Positions 40,731 to 50,676 of a stretch of 64,000 nt of DNA are shown in pieces; the stretch's first letter is position 1, and every line of letters starts with the position of its first letter. The stretch covers positions 9,462 to 73,461 of the forward strand of contig JAKAYT010000004.1 in assembly GCA_021826685.1 (NCBI GenBank). Direction: 5' to 3'. A program made the translations under genes and the position numbers. The DNA is from Thermoplasmata archaeon. Its GTDB lineage: Archaea > Thermoplasmatota > Thermoplasmata > Lutacidiplasmatales > UBA184. Under the pieces are notes generated by a model. It searched no databases. It was not told the origin of the DNA and saw only the letters and a list, made by a program, of their open reading frames with translations.

Positions 40731-42182
40731 ATGGCGGCCCCGCTTCTCCTCGTCCCTCGCGACGAGTTCACGTACGACATCGAGGTCGACGCCGCGCGTG
40801 GCATGCGCGTGCCGGGTCGCTTGTTCTCGAGTCCGGCGCTGCTGGGCGATGTGGCGCACGATCCGGCGATCGACCAGCTGGCCAACGTCGCGACCCTTCC
40901 GGGCATCGTCGAGCGATCTCTCGCGATGCCCGACATCCACTTCGGATACGGCTTCCCTGTGGGAGGCGTCGCCGCCTTCGACCTCGACGAGGGGATCGTC
41001 AGTCCTGGCGGGATCGGGTACGACATCAACTGTGGGGTCCGACTGCTGCGCACCGATCTCACCGAGACGGAAGTGCGCCCGAAGCTCACCGAGCTCACCG
41101 AACAGCTTTACCGGGCGGTCCCCGCGGGCGTCGGCTCGAAGGCCGGCTCGCTGCTACGAGAGTCGGAGATGGACGAAGTGCTCGTCGGGGGGGCTCGATG
41201 GCTCGTCGAGAAGGGGGGCGGAACGCCGACGGACCTTACGGTCCAGGAAGAGAACGGATGCCTGGCCGGCGCCGATCCGCATCTCGTGAGCCCGGAGGCG
41301 CGCAAGCGCGGGAGCCGTCAGCTGGGCACCCTGGGGAGCGGAAACCACTTTCTCGAGGTCCAGAAGGTAGACCGGCTCTTCGACCCCGCATGCGCGAAGG
41401 CGTTCGGGCTCGAAGAGCGCCAGGTCGTCGTCATGCTGCATACGGGCTCGCGTGGGCTGGGTCACCAGGTCGCGACCGATTACATCCGGAAGATGGACCA
41501 GGATCTTCTCCAACGGGGAGTCAAGCTCGTCGACCGTCAACTGTGCTGCGCTCCGATCAGCTCGGACGGGGCGCAGAAGTACCTGGCGGCGATGGCGGCG
41601 GCCGCCAATTTCGCATGGGCCAACCGCCAGGCGATCACCGCGGGGGTTCGGCGCGCCTTCGAAGGAACGTTCGGGCGGTCGGCCGACGACCTGGGGATCG
41701 AGGTCGTCTACGACATCGCGCACAACATGGCCAAGTTCGAATCGCACGTTACCGAAAGCGGACCTCGGCGACTGCTCGTGCACCGCAAGGGCGCTACCCG
41801 TGCCTTCCCGGCGGGACGGGATGAGGTTTCCGAGGCGTATCGCTCGAGCGGGCAACCCGTGCTCATCCCGGGGGACATGGGAACGGCGAGCTACGTCCTC
41901 GTCGGCCTTCCGACCTCGTTGATCCGTTCGTTCGGCTCGTCCTGCCACGGCGCCGGCCGACGGCTGAGCCGGAGCGCGGCAGCCCGCACCTTCCGATTCG
42001 ACGAGGTGACCCGTTCCCTGCGGGGTCGCGGCATCGTGGTCCGCTCCTCCTCCCGGGAAGGGGTCACCGAAGAAGCGCCCGGTGCCTACAAGGACATCGA
42101 GGAGGTCGTGCGCGTGGCCGAGGGCGCAGGACTGACCCGGCGCGTCGCTCGCCTGACACCGATGGGCGTCGTCAAGGGCTAG
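40731..42182 (+). CDS. rtcB: RNA 3'-phosphate / tRNA-splicing ligase RtcB
   Basis: AMPDIHFGYGFPVGGVAAF, GGIGYDINCGVR, GSGNHFLE, HTGSRGLGHQ, CHGAGR motifs. Confidence 0.95.
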   Translation: MAAPLLLVPRDEFTYDIEVDAARGMRVPGRLFSSPALLGDVAHDPAIDQLANVATLPGIVERSLAMPDIHFGYGFPVGGVAAFDLDEGIVSPGGIGYDINCGVRLLRTDLTETEVRPKLTELTEQLYRAVPAGVGSKAGSLLRESEMDEVLVGGARWLVEKGGGTPTDLTVQEENGCLAGADPHLVSPEARKRGSRQLGTLGSGNHFLEVQKVDRLFDPACAKAFGLEERQVVVMLHTGSRGLGHQVATDYIRKMDQDLLQRGVKLVDRQLCCAPISSDGAQKYLAAMAAAANFAWANRQAITAGVRRAFEGTFGRSADDLGIEVVYDIAHNMAKFESHVTESGPRRLLVHRKGATRAFPAGRDEVSEAYRSSGQPVLIPGDMGTASYVLVGLPTSLIRSFGSSCHGAGRRLSRSAAARTFRFDEVTRSLRGRGIVVRSSSREGVTEEAPGAYKDIEEVVRVAEGAGLTRRVARLTPMGVVKG

Positions 42183-42292
42183 CGACCGGGGCGGCCACCG
42201 ACGCCGGCCATAGCGTATTTACCCCGAGCTGACTCGAGAACCGCGGGGGCAGCACGACGTCGTTCGCACTCAACGGATACGAGATCGCAGGG

Positions 42293-43612
42293 TTGGCCGT
42301 CCTGGCCTATGCGATCGTCGTCTACGCTCTGTGGAAGGCCGGCTGGATCGGAAAGGAGCGCACGCTCTCGCTCTTCGGCCCCGCCGTGATGATCAAGACC
42401 CGACGCGGTCGTGATTTCATCGACCGCGTCGGCCGGCGCGTGCGGGCGTGGTCGATCGCCGGGGACGTGGCGATCCTGCTCAGCGTGGTCGCGATGGGGG
42501 CGATGGTCGTCCTCCTCATCCTCGACGCCATCGTCAGCGTGCACACAAGCGCCGCGAGCGCGCCGACCGTTCAAGAGGCGCTCGGGATTCCCGGCCTCAA
42601 CCCGTTCATTCCGATCGGGTATGGTATCGTCGCGCTGGTCGTGGGCGTCGCGCTGCACGAGTTCTTCCACGGCTTCGTAGCTCGCTCGCAGAAGATCGGA
42701 GTGAAGAGCCTCGGGATCCTCTGGTGCGTCATCCCCATCGGCGCGTTCGTCGAGCAGGACGATGCGGACATGGAGGCGGCGAACCGGCGCCGGCGCGACC
42801 GCGTCGCCGCCGCCGGGATCCTCGCGAACTTCCTCATTGGAATGGTCTGTTTCTTGGTCATGAGCGGTCTGGTCGCATCGTCGGTAGCGCCGAACGCGAA
42901 TGGGGCCGGGGTGGTGGGTGTCCTTGGCGGGACGCCGGCGCAAACCGTCGGGATGGAAGCCGGCGACATCATCGTGATGGTGAATCACACGGCCACGACC
43001 ACGAACGCCGAGCTCCAGTCGGCCCTCGAATCCACGGCCCCGAACACGACGATACCGATCGAGTACTATTCACCCAGCGTAGGGGGTCTCGTGACTCAGA
43101 ACGTCACGCTCGTCGCCGAGTCGACCTACACGCACGAGGCCGCGGATGCCCACAAGGGCTTCCTGGGGGTCTCGCTCTCGTTCCTAACCCCGACACAGTT
43201 GACCGCTACGTTCGTGAACCCGCTCACGAGCTCCTCGAGCCCTCTGACCGGCGGTATCGATTGGCTCGTCCTCCCGATCGCCGGCCTCCAACCCATCTCC
43301 GGCGGGTCTCAGTCCTTCTTCCACCTCACCGGACCTCTGGCCGGCACGAACGCCGACGCGACTTGGATCGGCCTGAACCTGCTCTACTGGTTCGCGTGGA
43401 TGAACTTCCTATTGGGGGCGTCCAACGCGCTCCCCTTGATCCCCCTGGACGGGGGCCTGCTCGTCCGGGACTATGCCGCCAGCGTCGCCGCGCGGTTCAA
43501 GCGGGGGTGGAACAACCCCCGCCTCGACCAGTTCGGCGCTTCGGTGGCCGTGGTCTCCTCGCTGGCCATCGTCTTACTGATCCTATGGCTCTTCGTGGGT
43601 CCCCACCTATAG
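42293..43612 (+). CDS. site-2 protease family (M50) membrane metalloprotease with PDZ-like insert
   Basis: HEFFHG zinc motif in a TM helix, PDZ-like GTPAQTVGMEAGDIIVMVN, C-terminal NALPLIPLDGG. The track start is TTG. Confidence 0.85.
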   Translation: MAVLAYAIVVYALWKAGWIGKERTLSLFGPAVMIKTRRGRDFIDRVGRRVRAWSIAGDVAILLSVVAMGAMVVLLILDAIVSVHTSAASAPTVQEALGIPGLNPFIPIGYGIVALVVGVALHEFFHGFVARSQKIGVKSLGILWCVIPIGAFVEQDDADMEAANRRRRDRVAAAGILANFLIGMVCFLVMSGLVASSVAPNANGAGVVGVLGGTPAQTVGMEAGDIIVMVNHTATTTNAELQSALESTAPNTTIPIEYYSPSVGGLVTQNVTLVAESTYTHEAADAHKGFLGVSLSFLTPTQLTATFVNPLTSSSSPLTGGIDWLVLPIAGLQPISGGSQSFFHLTGPLAGTNADATWIGLNLLYWFAWMNFLLGASNALPLIPLDGGLLVRDYAASVAARFKRGWNNPRLDQFGASVAVVSSLAIVLLILWLFVGPHL

Positions 43613-44694
43613 ACGAGCTCGCGCTCTGGGGGGAATATCCCTTCCTCCCGGGGGCCGACCGTCTCACCGAGGACCTCTCGGTCTCGGTCCGTGACCTTGT
43701 GACCGAGCCTCGGTACGATCAAGTCCGTTCGATCGGCCGCGCCCGGGCCCTCGCGGGCGCCGACGATCCCCGAGGGACGGCGGCGCTCGAGGAGCTCGCG
43801 AACGCGCGGCCCCTAGAGCGCTACCTTTCCTTTCTCTTCGCGCGGCTGTTGCTCCAATCCACGCCCGCGCCAGGAGCCTTGCGCCGATGGGCGGTCGCCG
43901 AGGCGAAGCGGGCCTACGACCGGCTCTCGAGCGCGAGCGCGGAGGAACTCGCCGAGGTGGCGCGCCGCCTCGGGCGCCCCTTGGAGGTCGGCATGGGCGG
44001 TCGCCTTTCGATCGATCTCGTCGACTACGTGCAGCTCGCCGTACCCATCCGCGAAGCGGATTTCCGCCTCGCTGCTCAGCCGCTGGCGCACGGGCGGATC
44101 GCGCTCGCTCGCGCGCGCGCCGCCCGCCTGCTCGAAGAGGCCGTGCGCATCGAGCTCGCCCGGCCGCGTCCGATGGCGGCCGAGGTCGAGGCGCTCGTGC
44201 GCTCCCGAGAGTCGGCCGCGATCGAGGAGCTCGCGCGACGGGTCCCCGTTCCCCGGGCGCGCCCGGCCGCGGGACCGGCCACCCTGCGCCCGGAGCTCTT
44301 CCCTCCGTGCATTCGGAAGATGCGGCGTATGCTCGAGGCCGGCGAGAACCTCTCGCACTCGGGTCGGTTCGCGCTCGCCGCGTTCCTGCACCGGGTCGGG
44401 GCCGACGAGGAGACGATCGTCGACGCCTACCGCGGCGCGCCGGATTTCGAGGAGGCGATCACCCGCTATCAGGTCGAGCACATCACGCACCACGAGGGCG
44501 GCCGGGGCTACGAACCTCCGGAGTGCGCGACCTTGCGCTCCCACGGACTGTGCGTGCGGGAAGGCGATCCCACCGCCGCCGCGCCGGCCGACCGCGCGCG
44601 AGACCCGATATGCTTCGAACCGACGCTCCGCCACCCGTTGCAGTATTATCGGATCCGAGGCGGCCCGGTCGTGGAGGATCCGAGTCGCGGCTAA
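43585..44694 (+). CDS. priL: DNA primase large (regulatory) subunit PriL
   Basis: FPPCIRKM...NLSHSGRFALAAFL...ITRYQVEHI...YEPPECATL...GLC...DPICF...HPLQYY (Fe-S cysteines). Only the last 369 codons of track ORF 42448..44694 are credible. Confidence 0.88.
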   Translation: MALRGSPPIDELALWGEYPFLPGADRLTEDLSVSVRDLVTEPRYDQVRSIGRARALAGADDPRGTAALEELANARPLERYLSFLFARLLLQSTPAPGALRRWAVAEAKRAYDRLSSASAEELAEVARRLGRPLEVGMGGRLSIDLVDYVQLAVPIREADFRLAAQPLAHGRIALARARAARLLEEAVRIELARPRPMAAEVEALVRSRESAAIEELARRVPVPRARPAAGPATLRPELFPPCIRKMRRMLEAGENLSHSGRFALAAFLHRVGADEETIVDAYRGAPDFEEAITRYQVEHITHHEGGRGYEPPECATLRSHGLCVREGDPTAAAPADRARDPICFEPTLRHPLQYYRIRGGPVVEDPSRG

Positions 44695-44707
44695 CCCTCG
44701 GAGACGG

Positions 44708-45373
44708 TCACGTTGGCGGGGGAGGGAGGCGTGCGTAGGTCCGGCGCGCTCGAGAGAACGCGGTCCACTGCCCGGCGACGATGAAGTAGACGAACACGAC
44801 ATCGATCACGGTGAACGAGAACCCGTAGAGTGAGAAGTGGGCCCACGGCATACTCGGGGCCCACGGCCATGGTAGCGTCCAGAGGAACTCGAGGAACGCG
44901 GCGAGGCAGAGCAGAACGAGCCGGTCGGCGCGCGTGAGCAGGCCGCCGTAGAGCCGACCCTGGCCGACCGCCTCCGCCTGGGTTCCCATGTAGCTCGTCA
45001 ACAGGAGGCTCGCGAGCGCGAGGAGCGCGAGGATCGGGTTCGCGAATCCCGACACCGCGATCCCGATGACCAGGATCATGTCCGCGTAGCGGTCCAGCAC
45101 GTGGTCCAGGAAGTTGCCGCGCAGGCTCGCCCGGTTCGTGCGGCGCGCCACCTCGCCGTCGATCACGTCGAAGGCGCCTCCGACCAGGATGAGTCCCGCG
45201 ACCGGCAGGAAGAGGAGCGGCGTCGTCCAGCGCACGAGCGCGGCAAGGACCGCTGCCGCGACCAAGAGACCAAAGGCGAGCCAGCTCAGGGTGTTGGGCG
45301 AATAGGCGAGGTACGGCCGGCTGATCCGCTCGAGGTACGGCGCCAGCCGTCGGCGGTAGCCCTCGAGGACCAT
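44708..45373 (-). CDS. CDP-alcohol phosphatidyltransferase family protein (archaeal polar-lipid headgroup synthase-like)
   Basis: DVIDGEVARRTNRASLRGNFLDHVLDRYAD matches D-x2-DG-x2-AR...G-x3-D-x3-D. About 6 TM helices. ATG at 45373. Confidence 0.85.
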   Translation of the reverse strand: MVLEGYRRRLAPYLERISRPYLAYSPNTLSWLAFGLLVAAAVLAALVRWTTPLLFLPVAGLILVGGAFDVIDGEVARRTNRASLRGNFLDHVLDRYADMILVIGIAVSGFANPILALLALASLLLTSYMGTQAEAVGQGRLYGGLLTRADRLVLLCLAAFLEFLWTLPWPWAPSMPWAHFSLYGFSFTVIDVVFVYFIVAGQWTAFSRARRTYARLPPPPT

Positions 45374-45381
45374 GGCGCGGG

Positions 45382-45969
45382 TTACCGCGACCAGTCCAAA
45401 AGATGCTCGGCCACGTCCGCGTCCCCGAGCCAGTCGATCGGGCGGAGGGGTCGAGGCGGCATGCGACGTAGCCGGGCGAGGACAGAGCGCGCGACCGATG
45501 CCGCCGAGCGATCCGTGGTGTCGATCTCCACCCAGGGGATCCCGGAATCGCGGACCTCGGAAGCCACGATGCCCAGCGCCTCGGCGAGCGCGTTCTCCCG
45601 GCGGTCCTTCGGCGAGCCTCGGCGGGCCCGGGTCAACCGCCGGTACAGCTCTTCCGGTCGACACCGGAGCACGATGGCCCCCTGTACGGGAAGGAGGTGG
45701 GCGAGGTGTCCCACGATCACTTCCGTGCGCACCGGTCGGTCGCGCCGCATCGCGCGCGAGAGTCGGCGCAGGTCGATCTCCCAACCCGTACGTTGCTTCC
45801 GGGCGGCGCCGTACGATCGGGCGATCGCATACACCTCCGTCCACTGCACGGACGTCCCTTTAAGGGCCGCGACCGAGCTCTTGCCGGTGCCCGGCGTGCC
45901 CGTGAGGGCGATGCGGCGAGGGAGTGCCCGCGTTACACGAACTTGAGGCCGACGAAGGTTCTTCGCCAC
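45382..45969 (-). CDS. Fap7/AK6-type nucleoside kinase/ATPase; start codon unresolved
   Basis: P-loop IALTGTPGTGKSS and VLRCRPEELYRRL...ENALAEAL pattern. The nearest upstream start-like codon is the GTG at 45969, which overlaps the glyA 3' end by 37 nt. Confidence 0.75.
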   Translation of the reverse strand: MAKNLRRPQVRVTRALPRRIALTGTPGTGKSSVAALKGTSVQWTEVYAIARSYGAARKQRTGWEIDLRRLSRAMRRDRPVRTEVIVGHLAHLLPVQGAIVLRCRPEELYRRLTRARRGSPKDRRENALAEALGIVASEVRDSGIPWVEIDTTDRSAASVARSVLARLRRMPPRPLRPIDWLGDADVAEHLLDWSR

Positions 45970-47174
45970 GCGCGGACCTCCCGGGTCACCGTGGGGCGGC
46001 CCCGACTGCCCCGCTCGAGCAGATCGGCGAGGCGGGGCATGTCCCCGGGTGCCAGGCCGAGGCGCGCCGCCTCCGCGGTACCGATCCGGCCGACCAGGTC
46101 GATGAGAAGCCCCTGGCGCTCGAGGCGGCGGGCGAGAGCTCCGCTCCCATACCCGCGCTTCGCGTGCAGCTCGGACGCATCGATGTGGATCTGGTGGGAT
46201 CGGGTGTACCCGTGGTTCGCGGCCACGATCGGCCACCCCTTCTCGGCCAGCGCGGCGCCGAGCGCCTGGGCGTTCGCCACGGTCGTGCGCGCGTAGTCAG
46301 GTCCGAACCGCTCGAGTTCGAGGAGCGTCTGGGTCACTCCGGCGATCCGGTTCCAGTGCGCGTTATCGAAGATCCTCCAGACCAGCGCCGGGTCGATCTG
46401 CCGGAAGAGATCCTCCCGGTCGGTCACGAGCAACCCCCCTTGGGGGCCGGGGAAGGACTTGTGCGTGCTGCCGAAGAGCACGTCCACGCCGGCTCGCAGG
46501 GGGTCCTGGAACTCTCCGCCGGCAATCAACCCCAGGACGTGCGAAGCGTCGTAGAGGACGAGCGCCTCTACGGAGTGTGCGGCTTCGACGATCTCGGCGA
46601 GGGGATAGGGGAAGAGAAAGAAGCTCTGGCCCAGGATGACCGCCTGAGGCCGCTCGGACTGGATGGCGGCTACTGCGGCCTCCGCGTCGACGGAGTGGCC
46701 GACCCCGCCGGCCGGCAGCGGTCGCACGGTGTAGCCGAGCAGCGCCGGGATGAAGCCGGGAGCGTATCCGTCGTATCCGCCGTCCTTCGGCTCGATCGCG
46801 AGGACCTTGCTCTTCGCCGGCAGCAACGGCGCGAGCGCGCTCAGCGCCGCGATGTGGCCCGAGAGGGGACGAACGGTCGCGTAGCGTCCGTGGAAGAGGC
46901 GTGCGGCCGCCGCGTTTCCGAGCTTTTCGATCGCATCGGTGTAGCGCGTCCCGGTGTAGGAGTTGTCAATCCGCTCGCCGCGCCAGTCGGAGTCGATCGG
47001 GAGCGTGTAGCGCCCGGCGAGATCGCTTCCGAGGTATTTGCGCGCGGCGGGACTGACCGCGTTTTCGCTCGGAAGTAGATTGAAGACGGCGCGGCCCCGC
47101 CAGCGTTCGTGCGCGCGAACGAGGCGAGCCAGCTCGACCTCATCGGTCCCCGGGTCGGCGGGCACGTCGGTCAC
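45933..47174 (-). CDS. glyA: serine hydroxymethyltransferase-family PLP enzyme (divergent)
   Basis: NLLPSENAVSP, LYDASHVLGLIAGG and GSTHKSFPGPQGG (PLP lysine). GTG at 47174 overlaps the csl4 stop (GTGA). Confidence 0.85.
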   Translation of the reverse strand: MTDVPADPGTDEVELARLVRAHERWRGRAVFNLLPSENAVSPAARKYLGSDLAGRYTLPIDSDWRGERIDNSYTGTRYTDAIEKLGNAAAARLFHGRYATVRPLSGHIAALSALAPLLPAKSKVLAIEPKDGGYDGYAPGFIPALLGYTVRPLPAGGVGHSVDAEAAVAAIQSERPQAVILGQSFFLFPYPLAEIVEAAHSVEALVLYDASHVLGLIAGGEFQDPLRAGVDVLFGSTHKSFPGPQGGLLVTDREDLFRQIDPALVWRIFDNAHWNRIAGVTQTLLELERFGPDYARTTVANAQALGAALAEKGWPIVAANHGYTRSHQIHIDASELHAKRGYGSGALARRLERQGLLIDLVGRIGTAEAARLGLAPGDMPRLADLLERGSRGRPTVTREVRAWRRTFVGLKFV

Positions 47175-47752
47175 GAGGAGGTGGGAGCGGCGCGCGTCCC
47201 GGCGCCTTCGGCCCGCTTGCGGTGTTCGCGGTGGCCGCACCTCGGGCAGACGAGCTCGCGTCCCGCGGGGATGAGGAGGCCATGGCAGACCTGGCAGCGC
47301 GCGCTGATCACGCCGAGATCGGCCGGGGCGGTCGTGAGCTTGATCGACGGACGCGTTTGGAGGACCTTCGCGAGGAGGACATCGCCGACCGCGAACTCGT
47401 CGGCAAGAGAGTCGGTGAAGCCTTCCTTCGCTTTCGAGATATGCACGGTTCCCTCCGGCGTTCCAGGGATCCCGCGGCCCCCAGGGGCGACCGAGACGAT
47501 CGTGCAGATCGCCATCGCGCTCTTGAGTTCGTCCACGCGAGCGTAGACGATGTCCCCGTCTTGGAGCGTCGGGACCGCGTTGGCCGCATCCACCCGGATC
47601 GTTCGGTCTCGCGCGTCGATCGTCGGCCGCCCCGCCAGGCTCGCGAATATCCGCCCGGAGTTCTCGTAGGTGCCCCGACCGGGGACGAATTCCTCCGCGG
47701 CGCCGAGGTATTCCCCGGGGACGACGAACTTCGGGAGGTCGGTCGGTGTCAT
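47171..47752 (-). CDS. csl4: exosome complex RNA-binding subunit Csl4
   Basis: N-terminal VVPGEYLG..EEFVPGRGTY, S1 domain, C-terminal zinc ribbon CQVCHG...CPRCG. Confidence 0.9.
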   Translation of the reverse strand: MTPTDLPKFVVPGEYLGAAEEFVPGRGTYENSGRIFASLAGRPTIDARDRTIRVDAANAVPTLQDGDIVYARVDELKSAMAICTIVSVAPGGRGIPGTPEGTVHISKAKEGFTDSLADEFAVGDVLLAKVLQTRPSIKLTTAPADLGVISARCQVCHGLLIPAGRELVCPRCGHREHRKRAEGAGTRAAPTSS

Positions 47753-48360
47753 GATGGTACCTTGGTGCGGAGCACCCAGAGGTCGACGTCCAAGCGCACC
47801 TTCGCTCGGCGATGGTGCCCGAATACCCGGGGAAGCTCCCAGGGCACCGGTCGGCTCGCGTCGACGTGAGCAGCGTGCTCGACCGCAAGGCGTGCTATAA
47901 AGGTTCGGGACTCGGCCGAGGCGAACGCATAGACCGCGGAACCGGCGAGGGAGAACGCGCGGTCCCAGAACGGTCGGTCGGCGCCCCGGCGCTGGGCCCC
48001 GAACGGCGGATTCATCACGACGGTGTCGGCCCGCACGTCGGTCGACCGCACGTCCTCGTGGCGAAGATCGATCTCGACACCGGCTTCGCGAGCCGCGGCT
48101 CGGGCGATCGCGAGCGGAGCGGCATCGATGTCGACGCCGACCACGGGCCGGGCGCCGAGTATCGCCGCTCCGATTGCGAGCCGTCCGGTCCCACAGCCGA
48201 GATCGAGGACCGATCGCCCCGCGAGGTCGCCCCGCGAGTGGGCCGTTTCGAGGAGCAGGGCCGCCGCCTCCGCGGGGGTCGCAACCTGCTCGAGCTCGGG
48301 GCGCGCCCGGTCGAAGGGCGGGACCCGCTCGAGCGCACGGACGAGCTCGGCGTGGCGCAT
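47749..48360 (-). CDS. METTL5-like N6-adenine (NPPF) RNA methyltransferase
   Basis: SAM loop VLDLGCGTGRL, VGVDID, catalytic VMNPPFG. Confidence 0.8.
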   Translation of the reverse strand: MRHAELVRALERVPPFDRARPELEQVATPAEAAALLLETAHSRGDLAGRSVLDLGCGTGRLAIGAAILGARPVVGVDIDAAPLAIARAAAREAGVEIDLRHEDVRSTDVRADTVVMNPPFGAQRRGADRPFWDRAFSLAGSAVYAFASAESRTFIARLAVEHAAHVDASRPVPWELPRVFGHHRRAKVRLDVDLWVLRTKVPS

Positions 48361-48392
48361 GCGCTAGGCTCCGCCGGAGCGTCGGAGGCGGA

Positions 48393-48513
48393 TGCGGGGA
48401 GCCGGATTCGAACCGGCGTACGCCTTCGCGACAGGATCTCCGGTGCCAGGGACGCTCGGCGCGCCCACCGACGCTTTAAGTCCTGCGCCGTTGCCGGGCT
48501 TGGCTATCCCCGC
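48393..48513 (-). tRNA. tRNA-Leu (anticodon UAA), class II, with an intron of about 37 nt at or near 37/38
   Basis: Minus-strand read GCGGGGA-TA-GCC..GGC-G-CAGGA-CTTAAA[37 nt]A-TCCTG-TCGCGAAGGCGTAC-GCCGG-TTCGAAT-CCGGC-TCCCCGC-A. Intron at about 48438-48474. No encoded CCA. Confidence 0.85.
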
Positions 48514-48533
48514 GTCCGCGGAGCGACCGCCAC

Positions 48534-48836
48534 CTACTGGGCAGACGGCGCCTCGACCTCGGCGGCTGCCTTGGCGGGCCGGGCCGCGGCCTTCTTCAGC
48601 GAGACCCGACGGGGGAAGTACTTCAGCAGGACCACGTCGTTCACTGCGGAGACCCAGCGGTACGGCACATTGACCGGCCGAGGGTCCTCGACTAAAATCG
48701 GGCTGGCCTCGCTCAGGAACAGACCGTCGACCTTCGCGCTTTCGACGTCGACGACGACGTTGTCCACATCGCCCAAGAGTCGTCCGTCCGCGGTGTAGAT
48801 CTGTCGCCCCAGAAGCTCGGTCGCCTCCACCAACAT
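48534..48836 (-). CDS. PRC-barrel domain protein
   Basis: 100 aa from the ATG at 48836. LLGRQIYTADGRLLGDVDNVVVDVESAKVDGLFL is typical of PRC barrels. Confidence 0.7.
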   Translation of the reverse strand: MLVEATELLGRQIYTADGRLLGDVDNVVVDVESAKVDGLFLSEASPILVEDPRPVNVPYRWVSAVNDVVLLKYFPRRVSLKKAAARPAKAAAEVEAPSAQ

Positions 48837-48873
48837 GGAATTACCCGACGGCTCGATGAGCCGGGTCGGCTTC

Positions 48874-50676
48874 TTATGTCTTGTGGCGCACGCGGCGCTC
48901 GGCGGCAGCGGCGCGAGCGCCGCTTCGGTCCTGCATCCGGTACATCTCGACCAACTCCGCGCTCGTCGTCGCTTGGGTCGCCGCCTTGTCCGTGCGGTAG
49001 CGTCCGGTGAATCTCGGGAACCGCAACGCCAGCCCGGCATCGGGGCGGATGGCTCCGATCCCCGCGCGGTGGACCGGGCTCACGGTCAGCTCTGCGCCCT
49101 TTACCTCGAGGACGACGGACGGGCGGAACCACTGGTCCGGAGAAAGCCCCGTATCGACCTCGGGAGGAGCGTGATCGATCCGGAACGGTGCGAGCCGCTT
49201 CGGGAGCTCCGCGAGGGCCGAGTCATCGAAGCCGCTTCCGACCTTGCAGAAGGTCTCGAACCGATCCTTATCCGGCCGGTAGACGGCCAGGAGCAACGCT
49301 CCGTAGGCCCCCGCCCGGCGTCCCCGTCCGTAGAACGCGCCGACCACGACCCCGTCGATCGAGTCGGCGAGGTGCGTCACGTAGTCACGCTTGTACTTGA
49401 TCCACCAGAAGCCGCGAGCTCCGGGGTGATAGCGACTTCCGTCGGCGAGGGACTTCGCCATGACCCCCTCCGCGCCTTGGCCGACGACCTCCTCGAAGTA
49501 ATCATTGGCTTCCTCGACGCTCGAGACGATCTGCTCCTCGGCGATCCGGATGCGCTCGCTCGGCGTAACGAGCTTCTCGAGGATCGCGCGGCGCTCGGGA
49601 AATGGACGTTCGTAGACGCTCTCTCTGCCGGCGAGCAGCACGTCGAAGGTGAACAGGACGACCGGGACCTCCTCGAGCGCCCGTTCAAGGTCGTGTTTGC
49701 GTCCGCGGCGCGTGGCCACGTCCTGGAACGGGCGGATCGCACCGGTCTTGCGGTCGAATGGAACGCACTCCCCCTCGAGGATCGCGGGCCGCTCGCGGAT
49801 CGCCGAGGGAAGGGCTTTGGCGAGGTCCGGGAACTGAGGCCCGATCTCCTCGAGCCTTCGGGAGAAGAGCCGGACGCTCCCGTCCTTCGCGAGGTGCGCC
49901 TGGACCCTCAGGCCATCGTACTTGTACTCGAAGGCAGCTTTGCCGTCCATCCTCTGGAGGAGCTCTTCGAGGCTCTTCGCGCGTTCCGCGAGCATCGGCC
50001 GGATCGGCCGGCCCACCTCGAGATGGATGGACGCGAGGCTCGCGACCCCGCCGCTCGCCAACTTCTCCGCGATCAGGCCGAGGTCGCTGGTCAGGTTGAA
50101 CGCGGCCTCGATCCGCTCCCGGGCGTCCTTCTCCTGCGAGGCGAACGCGGCCGCGAGCGCGTCCAGAATCGTCATCTCGCGAACACCGACTCTCAGGGTT
50201 CCCATGACAAATCGAACGAGGTACTTTCCCTCGACCGGCGTCGCGCGTCGAAGGAGGTCGACGAGGATCTGGACCTTCGTCTCCTGGGACCCGGCCCCCG
50301 TGGCGCGCGCCATCCCGGTCAGCGCGTCGTAGACTTCGAGAAGTTCGAGCGGGCCCGTGTCCTCCAGGCGCCGGGTCGTGCGCAGGAGCTCGCCGGCCGT
50401 CGTGCCGAGATCCCCGCTCGTCCGCGTCCGCTCGCCGACGGTACCGGCCGATGTGCCGGTTGCCTCGGCGATCGCCTTGCGCGCGAGCGACTCGGCGACG
50501 CCGAGCTCGACCCCCTCGTATTCGGGACGGAGCGATCCCTGGGAGAGGTACAGCGCGCACGTCAGCTCGCGGCCCCGTAAGGGTCGCAGGAGATCGACCA
50601 AGATCGAACGCATCTCGAGGCGCTTCGTCGTGGCTTCGATCTTCTCGTAGACGTGCGCGAGCTCACGGTACTGCAC
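48874..50676 (-). CDS. lig: ATP-dependent DNA ligase
   Basis: Adenylation motif AFEYKYDGLRVQ, plus EGVMAKS and WIKYKRDY. 600 aa, GTG start. Confidence 0.95.
   Translation of the reverse strand: MQYRELAHVYEKIEATTKRLEMRSILVDLLRPLRGRELTCALYLSQGSLRPEYEGVELGVAESLARKAIAEATGTSAGTVGERTRTSGDLGTTAGELLRTTRRLEDTGPLELLEVYDALTGMARATGAGSQETKVQILVDLLRRATPVEGKYLVRFVMGTLRVGVREMTILDALAAAFASQEKDARERIEAAFNLTSDLGLIAEKLASGGVASLASIHLEVGRPIRPMLAERAKSLEELLQRMDGKAAFEYKYDGLRVQAHLAKDGSVRLFSRRLEEIGPQFPDLAKALPSAIRERPAILEGECVPFDRKTGAIRPFQDVATRRGRKHDLERALEEVPVVLFTFDVLLAGRESVYERPFPERRAILEKLVTPSERIRIAEEQIVSSVEEANDYFEEVVGQGAEGVMAKSLADGSRYHPGARGFWWIKYKRDYVTHLADSIDGVVVGAFYGRGRRAGAYGALLLAVYRPDKDRFETFCKVGSGFDDSALAELPKRLAPFRIDHAPPEVDTGLSPDQWFRPSVVLEVKGAELTVSPVHRAGIGAIRPDAGLALRFPRFTGRYRTDKAATQATTSAELVEMYRMQDRSGARAAAAERRVRHKT

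Noticed and set aside
42448-43584. N-terminal 379 codons of track ORF 42448..44694
   Set aside because: They are out of frame within the M50 protease gene and Arg-rich. PriL similarity begins only at the ATG at 43585.
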